Of a DNA stretch of 47,089 bases, positions 9,591 through 18,763 are shown one piece after another (the first letter of the stretch is position 1; every line of letters starts with the position of its first letter). This DNA comes from a bacterium (GTDB taxonomy: Bacteria > JAMOTN01): assembly GCA_027062325.1 (NCBI GenBank), contig JAMOTN010000023.1:1-47089 (forward strand), in the 5' to 3' direction. The translations under genes were made by a program, and so were the position numbers. The notes below the pieces were generated by a model that worked only from the letters and a program-made list of their open reading frames with translations, did no database searches and had not been told where the DNA came from.

Positions 9591-9929
9591 TTACTCAATC
9601 TCAATTAAAACATTCTCTTCTATTACTCTGCAGCTTTTGACTTTAAAGGACCGCACGCCATCTCTCATCATATACATGTTTATAGCCGCCACAACTGCTG
9701 CAATCTCCTCTAAAGAGCCTTCACCACAAAAACCAGATGCGTTTTTTAAACCCTTACCGTCATTATTTGAAACACCATCGGGTGAAGCAACAGCCCTCTT
9801 CTTCCTAGACTCAAAAACCTTCCCCAATAAAAATATGACCACTGACAAAAGTCCCAATATTAAAAATACAATCAACATTCCCCAAAGAGGCGTTAAAATT
9901 CCCACATTATTAGCAACATTATGCAGCAT
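9591..9929 (-). CDS. OadG/MmdD-family decarboxylase delta subunit
   Basis: GMLIVFLIL TM helix, EIAAVVAAI motif, operon position. Confidence 0.85.
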   Translation of the reverse strand: MLHNVANNVGILTPLWGMLIVFLILGLLSVVIFLLGKVFESRKKRAVASPDGVSNNDGKGLKNASGFCGEGSLEEIAAVVAAINMYMMRDGVRSFKVKSCRVIEENVLIEIE

Positions 9930-10046
9930 TCATATCACTCCACATCAAAGTATTTAACTCCATCACAAAGTTTAACAAAAATAAAAGACAATCGCACTCA
10001 TTTTATGCATAAAACCAAAACTCACTATTAAAAATTTTTTTTCAAT

Positions 10047-10073
10047 AAAAAAAGGGCCCCTTAACAGGGCCCC
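10047..10073 (-). terminator. Intrinsic terminator
   Basis: GGGCCC stem followed by TTTTTTT on the minus strand, just after the stop at 10104. Confidence 0.8.
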
Positions 10074-10103
10074 TCCCAAATTTTGTTATTCTGCAATACA
10101 ACT

Positions 10104-11477
10104 TTACTCCTTGAAATATTGCTTTGCTTCATCTTTTGCCTCCTCAACTTTCTGTAAAGTATCTTTGTCCTCTTCCGCAACTCCCTTAACATCATTTGCC
10201 ACCTGCTCAATAACTTCCTTTATAGTCATATTGCCGAAGTTTTGCTTAATCTGATCTATGGCTTCACTGATACCCGGTAATATGGCATCCATCAAACTAA
10301 CAGCCACCTTTCCTCCAGGTCCTGCACCGTATATAACTGGATTAACTGAACTCATAGCGGTAAGAACACTATTCACAGTCTGACCAACGCTCGTCCCTAA
10401 TACCATATCAGCTATATTTCCAGTAGTTAATTCCAAATACTGATTAACATCTATTCCCGGCACTTCCTTTATCAAATCATCAATACTCTTCTTACCCATC
10501 TTGACATCTAATATATCCTTCACTTTACCTTTCAAATCATCAGGCAACACCGCCATAATCGCATCCAATGCTTCATTCCCAGTTATAACACCATCCTCCA
10601 ACTTTTTAGCTATATCTTTAATTACATTTTGAGCATTTGAAGGCAGAACTTCAACCAAAGGCGTCACATCTCCAGTCATTAATCCTTCCACAACACTGTA
10701 TGCCTTACTCCAACTGCCTCCCAAATTTTGCATTGCTCCTGCTAAATCACCATTCAAAACACTCTGAGCAATCGAAGCAATTTTGGGATCCAAACCAAAC
10801 TGTTTAGCAACATCAAGCACATTCCCCAAGTTAAAGTTATTCATACTGTTCAACAAACTGTTACCAATCTGCGAAAACTGACCTACCATATTTTGAAAAT
10901 TCCCAGCCAAACTATTCAAAGTATTCCCCACATTCCCCACGAAAGAGGCAAATGAAGAATTAGCAAAAGTTGAGGAAAGTTGACCAATAGCATTGTTAAC
11001 TAACTCTCCAACACTCCCAACATTTGACAAGAATCCCATGACACTCTGTCCAAAAGACGTCTGCCCTAGAAAATTCATGGCTGTACCAATTGGATTATTT
11101 AAGAACGTTGAAACCTGAGAAACCACGTTCACTGCTCCACTTAAGAAAGATCCCACACTTCCCATACTTGCAAGAGCCGGTCCTAAATATGGAGCTGCCA
11201 CCGTACTTACAAGAGCTAGAATTGGACCTATATCACCCATTATGCTTTTCAATCCACCTAATGCTCCACTTATAGTACTAACTACGGAATTTATAGCACT
11301 ACTTATAGCATTAACAACAGAACCTATAGCTTTTTTGAAAGCTTTAAAAGCACCTTTTAAAGCCTTACCTATACCACCAAACAAACCTGCATAAGTATGG
11401 TTTGGAACTATCCACAAGTTAAATCCCAAGAAACTCACAATCAATAATACACTGAGCAACTTTCTTGTAACATTCAT
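10104..11477 (-). CDS. Secreted Gly/Ser/Ala-rich alpha-helical protein of unknown function
   Basis: ATG 11477 follows GGGAGGTGG SD (track start 11498); signal peptide ending HTYA; long amphipathic small-residue helices. Confidence 0.75.
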   Translation of the reverse strand: MNVTRKLLSVLLIVSFLGFNLWIVPNHTYAGLFGGIGKALKGAFKAFKKAIGSVVNAISSAINSVVSTISGALGGLKSIMGDIGPILALVSTVAAPYLGPALASMGSVGSFLSGAVNVVSQVSTFLNNPIGTAMNFLGQTSFGQSVMGFLSNVGSVGELVNNAIGQLSSTFANSSFASFVGNVGNTLNSLAGNFQNMVGQFSQIGNSLLNSMNNFNLGNVLDVAKQFGLDPKIASIAQSVLNGDLAGAMQNLGGSWSKAYSVVEGLMTGDVTPLVEVLPSNAQNVIKDIAKKLEDGVITGNEALDAIMAVLPDDLKGKVKDILDVKMGKKSIDDLIKEVPGIDVNQYLELTTGNIADMVLGTSVGQTVNSVLTAMSSVNPVIYGAGPGGKVAVSLMDAILPGISEAIDQIKQNFGNMTIKEVIEQVANDVKGVAEEDKDTLQKVEEAKDEAKQYFKE

Positions 11478-11571
11478 TTTGACCACCTCCCATTTCACTT
11501 TCGCCTTTCATAAACAATGACGTTGGGGAGGCATAAATTATCAAAAATACCAGTTGCCATTTAGAGTTGAT

Positions 11572-12189
11572 TTAAAACTTTACCCACTCTTTATCTTCCA
11601 GCCTTTCCTTTTCATTTCTAGAAAAAACACTTGTGACTATTTCAAAATCTGTCTCCTTCTTAGCACTCTCTGATCTTGTAGCTAAAACTTTAAGGTAGAT
11701 TCTGTAAAATTTCTTATCCTTTAAAAAATACGGATCTATCATAAACCAATCTTTATTTTTAACATATCCCTTTAAATAAACTGTAGCTCTTCCAACTTTT
11801 TCTTTTCTAACTAAAGCTTTTTCTTTTTCATCCACATACCATTCAACCTCTTTTAAATCTCCCTTATCCATGAAAGTTATTTTATAATCAGCATCATCTA
11901 TCCTTTTTACAACTTCTTCTTTTAAATCCACACGTACACCCCGTCTTATATCCCTTTTCAAAGCGTATATTGCGCTCTGAACTCCCTTAATTAACTCCTC
12001 AGAAACTTCTCCATAACGGGAAGTTTTGAAAATAGTAGAGGATATTCTCCACATCATAACTCCAACTATTGCTAAAACCGCTATTAAAACCATCAACTCA
12101 ATCAACGTAAATGCTTTTTTCACTCTTCCTAAATAACATTTAAACCCTCGCACTCTTTCCATCCACCTCTTATCCAATAGAGCACTCAA
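11572..12189 (-). CDS. Prepilin-type N-terminal cleavage protein (PilW/GspJ-like minor pilin)
   Basis: KKA|FTLIELMVLIAVLAIVG class III signal; later L.RDIR motif. Confidence 0.85.
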   Translation of the reverse strand: MSALLDKRWMERVRGFKCYLGRVKKAFTLIELMVLIAVLAIVGVMMWRISSTIFKTSRYGEVSEELIKGVQSAIYALKRDIRRGVRVDLKEEVVKRIDDADYKITFMDKGDLKEVEWYVDEKEKALVRKEKVGRATVYLKGYVKNKDWFMIDPYFLKDKKFYRIYLKVLATRSESAKKETDFEIVTSVFSRNEKERLEDKEWVKF

Positions 12190-12677
12190 TTACCTGCAAT
12201 AACTCTTTCATCAGGTTTTACAAATTTCATATAAACCATCTTACTCTTCCTATCCCCTGTCAAATTTTTCCACTCCACTGTTAATTCTATGTATTTACAG
12301 TGAGTGGCTGTATCCTCATCAATCTGGATGTAACGCTTTACATTCCCCATATTTCTGAATAAACTTTTAGGATAAGTTATAGTATATCCACTGTCAGTCG
12401 TATAATCCTCCAGCTTCAAAAGTGAATCGTTCAAATCCTCAGTAACCTCATCATAAGGCATGGCCATTATCCATTCATAAGCTTCCATCATGAGGTTATA
12501 CCCTATAATGTAAGCTCTTGTCTTACTCATAACGGAAGTTGAGTGCTGCAACATCATAATAACCGGAATCAAAGCTATTACTACAACTGCCAGGGCAATC
12601 ATAATATCGACTAACCCCATTCCTCTACCCTTGAGTCCAAAAAAATTCACAGTAACGATCCACCTCTCAAACGGCAA
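12186..12677 (-). CDS. PilV/GspI-like minor pilin
   Basis: KGRG|MGLVDIMIALAVVVIALIP; C-terminal K.IELTVEW. Confidence 0.75.
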   Translation of the reverse strand: MPFERWIVTVNFFGLKGRGMGLVDIMIALAVVVIALIPVIMMLQHSTSVMSKTRAYIIGYNLMMEAYEWIMAMPYDEVTEDLNDSLLKLEDYTTDSGYTITYPKSLFRNMGNVKRYIQIDEDTATHCKYIELTVEWKNLTGDRKSKMVYMKFVKPDERVIAGN

Positions 12678-12688
12678 AACCTAAAATA

Positions 12689-13468
12689 CTACTTATTTAC
12701 AGCAATCACTCTGGTAGTATATGAGTACTTAGCCGTGTAATCCAACACTTTTATCCATTTTTTATTCTTCGTTTTATTTGAATATCCCTTCAAAGTCAAA
12801 ATCGCTGTAGTATTCTGATTAACAACAAACTTTCTCTTCAAATCAAAAAACATTCTAGTTCTTCCTATAACTCTAAATTTGAGATCCTTTCTCCTCTTTG
12901 TCTGGAGTATCTTGAAACTTCCATCTATTACCGCACATTTACTCCCCATAAATTCTTTTATTCCACTTATCTTATATTCTGCCACGAACTTTGCCCCATT
13001 GAATTTTTGAAAATTCTGTGCCTCTAAAATTTTCTCTATCTTCCAACTGTCACCTACTTTAACTTTTCTATTTGGAAAGTGAAAATTCATCTTCTCCCAT
13101 GACTCAATATTAAGCGTATTAGAGGTAAACACAACCCTTCCCAAATAATCCATAAGCATTCTATGAGCGTTTAACTTTATCCTTATCTCAGAAGTAACTC
13201 CATTATACTCTTTTATTCCACCCAGTATATCAGTTACAATTAAAAATCCTTTTTTATCCTTGCTAGGAGTAATACGTTGCCTTATACGTAGTGTATCTTT
13301 TCTAACAGCTTTATTGTAAAGGTTCAATACCTCCGCTTCCTCAATAACAGAACTTCTTACCTGATAAATCACACTTTTTACTCCTTTGTACCCATAACGA
13401 AGATAAAATCCCTCTGCAAACGAAACAACAGCAAACACAAGCAACAACAATGCAACTACTCCTCTCAT
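12689..13468 (-). CDS. Hypothetical basic, beta-rich exported protein
   Basis: Sec signal ending VSFA; Lys/Arg-rich; lies inside the minor-pilin cluster. Confidence 0.7.
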   Translation of the reverse strand: MRGVVALLLLVFAVVSFAEGFYLRYGYKGVKSVIYQVRSSVIEEAEVLNLYNKAVRKDTLRIRQRITPSKDKKGFLIVTDILGGIKEYNGVTSEIRIKLNAHRMLMDYLGRVVFTSNTLNIESWEKMNFHFPNRKVKVGDSWKIEKILEAQNFQKFNGAKFVAEYKISGIKEFMGSKCAVIDGSFKILQTKRRKDLKFRVIGRTRMFFDLKRKFVVNQNTTAILTLKGYSNKTKNKKWIKVLDYTAKYSYTTRVIAVNK

Positions 13469-13484
13469 CTACTAGCACCTCCCA

Positions 13485-15965
13485 CTACTTTACCGTATAG
13501 CGTTCTACTTTGACATCACCAACAGTAACAGCATAATCTTGACCATTTTCTAAAAGTTTATTTGCATCCAAAGTAGCTACATCCTCAGGAGACAACACAA
13601 AAGTAAGAGTCCCTCTAAAAGAAGGGGCATTCAAAATATCAACTACAGCTGTTCCCTTAATAGTGGTGTTTGTCATCTTATTATCAGCATCATATGGCCC
13701 CACCATACAGCTATACCTGCTCATATCTGTAGATGTATTTGCATTATTCATTCCCATATTTAAAGCAACTAACATACCTTCAAATCCCGGTTCATCTCCG
13801 TAAAACTTAATTTGCCCACCATAAGTTAACAAAACTAAATACGTGTTTGGATACAATAAATCACTACCATTTTTGGCTTTATTGAGTTTTTTCAGCAGAA
13901 TATCATTAGTAGTAATTATTGCCCCAATTCCTGCATATTCCTTCACATCTCTTAAATCAATATCACCACTTTTTATAAAATTAACCCCGAAAATCCACAA
14001 TCTACCACTGGAATCCAAATTTTTCTTCTTGAAATCATTGAAATTCAACCACACTCTACTAACCTCATCCCAATAAGGAAATGGCGTAAAATTGAAAGGA
14101 CTTCCATCTGAAAAAGGTGGATCATTTATTACAGAGGTTTTATAATTTGTTCCAAATACTTGATTATACCTTTGCAGTATAACACCAGCAGGCTCCGCTA
14201 TAAGGCCACTCCCCATCGCAACGTTATTTTGGCTCATAATTCTCCTCAAAGAAGCCTTAGTTGCACCACCTAATAATTGCGATCCCTTTATCACTAACTC
14301 ACGCAAATATTTATTTACATCATCGTTATAATCAAAGTTCCAACTACCACTTTTATCCCTCTCGGCAAACCACATAGTAGGATAAGCATTAGGTGGCAAT
14401 GAAGATGAAGTTGGCTCGGTAATATTAGCTTTGACTTTACTCACAAGTTGATATGTAAACCACACATCTCCCTCTATATACGTAGCCATCATCTTATCAT
14501 TCTGCCAAGGGAAAAAGTTTATACCACCCGGAGCATAACTAAACGGCTGGCCACTTCCACCCCCGCCGTTCACCATTACAAATTTCCCTTCAAAACAACC
14601 AGTTGAGTTATTCATTTTAAAATCTCTATCACGTGAATAAACAAGCTCTACTAATCTCGCTTTACTGTTATTTGTTGGTCTGTTGGACTTATTTAATATA
14701 GCTGTCCATGGAATCCCAGAGTGAGCTAGCTCACCTAATTCATTTTTTTGCCCATTCGGAAACGGATAATACAAAGTTGCAATGTTAGGAGCAGGATTGT
14801 TAAAGTCATAAGTTGGAACAACTACCTTTTTCCCTTCCAAAAGATAACTCAAAGTTATTGCGAGTTTAATCTTATCACGATATTTTTTAACTCTTCCATT
14901 TGCAGGATCAAAAAGCTTCTTCAAACCGCCTGTATCAACATTCAAATATCCTTTTTGAGCGCCATCCCACACAACTGACATAAGATATTCCAACGGTTCA
15001 AGCCAATCCTCTCCTCCCCTGAATTCCACACTCTTAGAATAAAATCTTCTTCCTATACCTGGAAGCTGAGAGTAATTTGGAAAAGCTTTTGAGCTAATTT
15101 TTCCACCTATTGCACCCTTCACAACCTCATTCACTAATCCATCAGCATTCTCCATTAAAACAACATGTTCTGCTCCCAACGGAAAGTAGATTCTATCAGG
15201 AAGGCCAGCTCCTCCCTTAGTGTAAAATGCAACTCTTGCTAGTGCACCGTAAGAGACAAAATTTATATTTCCAAACGAAAAACTATACGGTGTTTGCGGA
15301 AAACTACTCAAATCTTTCCAAATCTTTTGACTCTCTGCACTAACTCCCTTAGGAGGATTACTAGCATAATACTCAGCTTTGGCATTCCTCACTACTAACA
15401 AGTAGTCTGATAAAACTGGATGTCTAACTCTTATAGTTCTATAACTAGCCCTTCTAACAGAGCGTACCGTCACTTTCCCTCTATATGATAGCACTACTTC
15501 AACATCAAATTTACCTACCTGCTCACGTTCGTACAAAGAACCTGCTCCTTTATTTCTTTTGGTAACATTCCCATAAAAAGTAATAGTTGCACTTTCCAAG
15601 TCAAGTCCTGTAAACTTCACCTTATCAAAGTACTCCTCAGCAAAATCGGTAATATCATAACTCCTACTGAGGTTGGTATCACGAAACATTCCAAACCAGC
15701 TTGTGGCATCTGAACTTGGAATATTAACCTTTTTCTTTATCTCATCTATCAAAGCTTCTGCAATATTATCCGCAACCATTTGTGCTCTTTCTGTCCAATA
15801 GTCCTTAAAAACTGTAAGCTCTAAGTGGCGCGTTTTAGAAGAAAAGCTGAATATCATCCAAAACACAACTGTCAACATTAAAATAGCAATAAAGAGGACA
15901 GCCAGAACTCCTCTTTTAGATTTCAGAAAAGTTCCAGCCGTCCTCCACATCTCAATTCCCCCCAA
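13485..15965 (-). CDS. Large PilX/GspK-like pilin-domain protein (possible tip adhesin)
   Basis: SKRG|VLAVLFIAILMLTVV (no Glu5, typical of PilX/GspK), RAQMVAD..AE helix, about 700 aa C-terminal region. Confidence 0.65.
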   Translation of the reverse strand: MGGIEMWRTAGTFLKSKRGVLAVLFIAILMLTVVFWMIFSFSSKTRHLELTVFKDYWTERAQMVADNIAEALIDEIKKKVNIPSSDATSWFGMFRDTNLSRSYDITDFAEEYFDKVKFTGLDLESATITFYGNVTKRNKGAGSLYEREQVGKFDVEVVLSYRGKVTVRSVRRASYRTIRVRHPVLSDYLLVVRNAKAEYYASNPPKGVSAESQKIWKDLSSFPQTPYSFSFGNINFVSYGALARVAFYTKGGAGLPDRIYFPLGAEHVVLMENADGLVNEVVKGAIGGKISSKAFPNYSQLPGIGRRFYSKSVEFRGGEDWLEPLEYLMSVVWDGAQKGYLNVDTGGLKKLFDPANGRVKKYRDKIKLAITLSYLLEGKKVVVPTYDFNNPAPNIATLYYPFPNGQKNELGELAHSGIPWTAILNKSNRPTNNSKARLVELVYSRDRDFKMNNSTGCFEGKFVMVNGGGGSGQPFSYAPGGINFFPWQNDKMMATYIEGDVWFTYQLVSKVKANITEPTSSSLPPNAYPTMWFAERDKSGSWNFDYNDDVNKYLRELVIKGSQLLGGATKASLRRIMSQNNVAMGSGLIAEPAGVILQRYNQVFGTNYKTSVINDPPFSDGSPFNFTPFPYWDEVSRVWLNFNDFKKKNLDSSGRLWIFGVNFIKSGDIDLRDVKEYAGIGAIITTNDILLKKLNKAKNGSDLLYPNTYLVLLTYGGQIKFYGDEPGFEGMLVALNMGMNNANTSTDMSRYSCMVGPYDADNKMTNTTIKGTAVVDILNAPSFRGTLTFVLSPEDVATLDANKLLENGQDYAVTVGDVKVERYTVK

Positions 15966-15978
15966 AGATCTTCAGAAA

Positions 15979-16314
15979 TTATTCAGCAGCTTCTTGACTG
16001 CTTTGCAAATACTCACCTAATTGAGCTTCCAGCTCTTCCAGAGGCATGTAACCTATGAGTCTCTTTACCTCTAAACCATTTTTGAAAAGAATAAGAGTTG
16101 GAATACTCATAATTCCGTATCTCACTGCTACATCAGGCACTTCATCAACATTTACTTTAACCACATCAATACTTCCATTATACTTCGACGCAAACTCCTC
16201 TAGAACAGGTGTCATCATAAGACAAGGTCCACACCACGGTGCCCAAAAATCAACCAATACAGCTCCTTTTGAAACAGTACTTTCAAACTCTGAATAACTC
16301 CTTACTTCTTTCAT
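15979..16314 (-). CDS. trxA: Thioredoxin
   Basis: VDFWAPWCGPC, IMSIPTL. Confidence 0.97.
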   Translation of the reverse strand: MKEVRSYSEFESTVSKGAVLVDFWAPWCGPCLMMTPVLEEFASKYNGSIDVVKVNVDEVPDVAVRYGIMSIPTLILFKNGLEVKRLIGYMPLEELEAQLGEYLQSSQEAAE

Positions 16315-16351
16315 AACGCATCGCCTCCTATAAATTATTTATGGCAACATC

Positions 16352-18742
16352 TTATTTTTTCCCCTTTTTTCTACCTTTTCCCTTAGACTGTTTTTTCATC
16401 TCAACTAACTCCAAAACTTGAGCATCTGCCAAAGCATGCGCAATTGGATTATCTTCTGTCTCCTCTTTCTCTTCAACCGTCAACTTCTTCAAAAGCTCAG
16501 TTGCCTTTTTTTCCGAAGCTTTGAATTTCCTTCTTCTCTCATCTATCCCAACTATAACAACATGAACAGTCTCACCAGCATAATAATCATCAATTTCTCC
16601 TTCCAGCTCCGAAGTCGGAATATATCCCACAAATTCTTCTCCATCCACATCTAAAGTTACTTCTAACTCACGAGCCTTCTTGCTTTTTACTATCACATCA
16701 ACAGGTTCATCTTTAAACTCTTTCAACCTCTCCCATGGATTGGGCATTAACTGCTTCAAGGAAAGAACAAACTTATTTTTAGAAGGATCAACCTCTTTAA
16801 TCACAGCCTCAAATTCCCTCTTGTCCTTTAATTCCTTTTTAGCATCACCTGCACTCTTAGTCCAGGAAAGCTCAACATTTGGAATAAAACCAACTATTCC
16901 AACCCCTTCAACCTTTACCTCAACGCCAGCCCGATTATCCCGCAAGTATTCACACTTTACTTTCTCTCCCACCATATTTTCCAACTTTTCCCACGGATTA
17001 TTCTCAAGCATTCTCCTGCTCAAAATTATCTTGCGGTTCTCCTTATCTAAGCTCTTTATAACCAACTCAACTTTATCCCCAATTTTGTAGTAATCATCCA
17101 CCCTTTTTTTACTTGCTTCCCAAGAAAGTTCAGAATTTAAAAGCAAGCCTTCTACTCCCTTTGCCAATTTGACTAGAGCCCCAAAATCTCTAATCTCAAC
17201 AATCTCTCCCTCAACTTTATCTCCTTCTTTTACACTTTCTACAAACTTAACAAATGGATCCTCTTCCAAATGTTTCATAGAAAATTCAACCTTTTTGTTT
17301 TCCTCATCCATCTTAAGTATTAAAACCTTAACCTCATCTCCCTCTCTAACTTTATCACGCCAATTTTCCCTTTTATCCCAACTAACGTTTATCTCAGCAA
17401 GTAAACCAGTCACACCATCAACATCTATTAACGCCCCCCTATCAAGAAGCTTCACAACCTTTCCTGTCACTACATCGCCTTGAGAATACTGCTGAGAAAA
17501 TCTAACCCATGGAGACAATTCCGCCTCTTTTATAGAAAGAGAAAGTTTTTTATTTGGCACATCCACCCCTATAACCTTCACATCAACTTCCTGTCCAACA
17601 TTAAATTCTGCTCCCACATTTTTGGGAATTCTATCCCAGAAAATCTCACTCTTATGCACAAATCCAACTATCCCAGGCTTTACTTCCACAAACAAACCAT
17701 TTTGATTATGTCCAACAACCTTTCCTTTAAATACACCCCCAACAGAGAATGACGCATTCTCCCACGGATCAGGTTCTGCCTGTTTTTTGCTCAATATCAA
17801 TTTTTTACCATCAACTTTTATCAGTTTAGCCTCAAACTCATCGCCTTCCTTAACCGCAGCATGATCTGCCAAGCGACTATGGGAATACTCGCTCTTAGGT
17901 ATAAATCCTTCCATGAACTCATCAAACTTAACCTTTATTCCTCCCTTATTTACTCCCACAACTGTAACCTTAAAAATCTCTCCAACCTTCTCTTCCATCT
18001 CACCAATTTTCTCCCCACGTTTTTTATCTAAAAGTGCCCGTGGAGATAACACAATGCTCTTTTTCCTTTCATCAAGGCGAGTTATCAAACCTTCAACCTT
18101 ATCCCCAACTTTCACTTCATCCGTAAGCTGTGACTTTGGAATAAACACCTTAATTCCTCTGTAAAAACCTTCTGCACCTCTATCACGCACTGTTTTAATC
18201 TTTACAATAAGTGGTTTTTCTTCTTCTGCAATTCTTTTTACTTCTCCCCATGCTTCCTCACGATTAGCAGCATGTATCGATAATATATAAACATCTTCAT
18301 CATCCTGCTTCACAACTTTTGCTCTAACCTTCTGTCCAACTTCCGGCTTCTCATCAAACTCATCAAGTTTTATCTTCCCTTCAACACCAGGAATAATTTC
18401 AACAAAAACATCATCTCCAACAATACTAACAACCTCTACATTGTAAACTTTTCCCCTTTTAATTTGAGAAATATCAGTTGGAACTTCCACCATCTCTTCA
18501 AAACTCTCTTCAGTTTTATCTCCTCCACTTTCAACCTTACGGGAATCAATCGGAGTATTAAGCATATTCTCAATATCCTTTTCAAGCTCCTCCCTTTTCT
18601 TCCTAGCAAGCTCTATACTTTCATTAACCTCCTTTTCAAAATTACCAAGTAGCTCATAAAAGCTCCTTTTCAAATCATCCACTAACTTTTCTACAGAAAG
18701 AACAAACTCCTTCTTCTCCGAAGTTTTGGCTACCATACACAT
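16352..18742 (-). CDS. rpsA: 30S ribosomal protein S1, extended
   Basis: Tandem S1/OB repeats with DPW/SPW/DPF/NPW/NPW linkers; ispH-rpsA gene order. Confidence 0.85.
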   Translation of the reverse strand: MCMVAKTSEKKEFVLSVEKLVDDLKRSFYELLGNFEKEVNESIELARKKREELEKDIENMLNTPIDSRKVESGGDKTEESFEEMVEVPTDISQIKRGKVYNVEVVSIVGDDVFVEIIPGVEGKIKLDEFDEKPEVGQKVRAKVVKQDDEDVYILSIHAANREEAWGEVKRIAEEEKPLIVKIKTVRDRGAEGFYRGIKVFIPKSQLTDEVKVGDKVEGLITRLDERKKSIVLSPRALLDKKRGEKIGEMEEKVGEIFKVTVVGVNKGGIKVKFDEFMEGFIPKSEYSHSRLADHAAVKEGDEFEAKLIKVDGKKLILSKKQAEPDPWENASFSVGGVFKGKVVGHNQNGLFVEVKPGIVGFVHKSEIFWDRIPKNVGAEFNVGQEVDVKVIGVDVPNKKLSLSIKEAELSPWVRFSQQYSQGDVVTGKVVKLLDRGALIDVDGVTGLLAEINVSWDKRENWRDKVREGDEVKVLILKMDEENKKVEFSMKHLEEDPFVKFVESVKEGDKVEGEIVEIRDFGALVKLAKGVEGLLLNSELSWEASKKRVDDYYKIGDKVELVIKSLDKENRKIILSRRMLENNPWEKLENMVGEKVKCEYLRDNRAGVEVKVEGVGIVGFIPNVELSWTKSAGDAKKELKDKREFEAVIKEVDPSKNKFVLSLKQLMPNPWERLKEFKDEPVDVIVKSKKARELEVTLDVDGEEFVGYIPTSELEGEIDDYYAGETVHVVIVGIDERRRKFKASEKKATELLKKLTVEEKEETEDNPIAHALADAQVLELVEMKKQSKGKGRKKGKK

Positions 18743-18763
18743 ACCCCCCTGGTATTTTAAAAC

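Noticed and set aside
10104-11477. Phage tape-measure protein
   Set aside because: Composition is similar, but it has a signal peptide and no phage genes nearby.
11537-11563. sigma28 or sigma54 promoter upstream of the amphipathic protein
   Set aside because: TAAA is present but the -10 (TTTGATAA) lacks the CGA core and the spacing is off; TGGCA has no TTGC at -12.
16418-18652. Several plus-strand ORFs within rpsA, and similar short antisense ORFs across the window
   Set aside because: Ser/Phe/Leu-rich mirror translations of Lys/Glu-rich genes, with no recognisable motifs.
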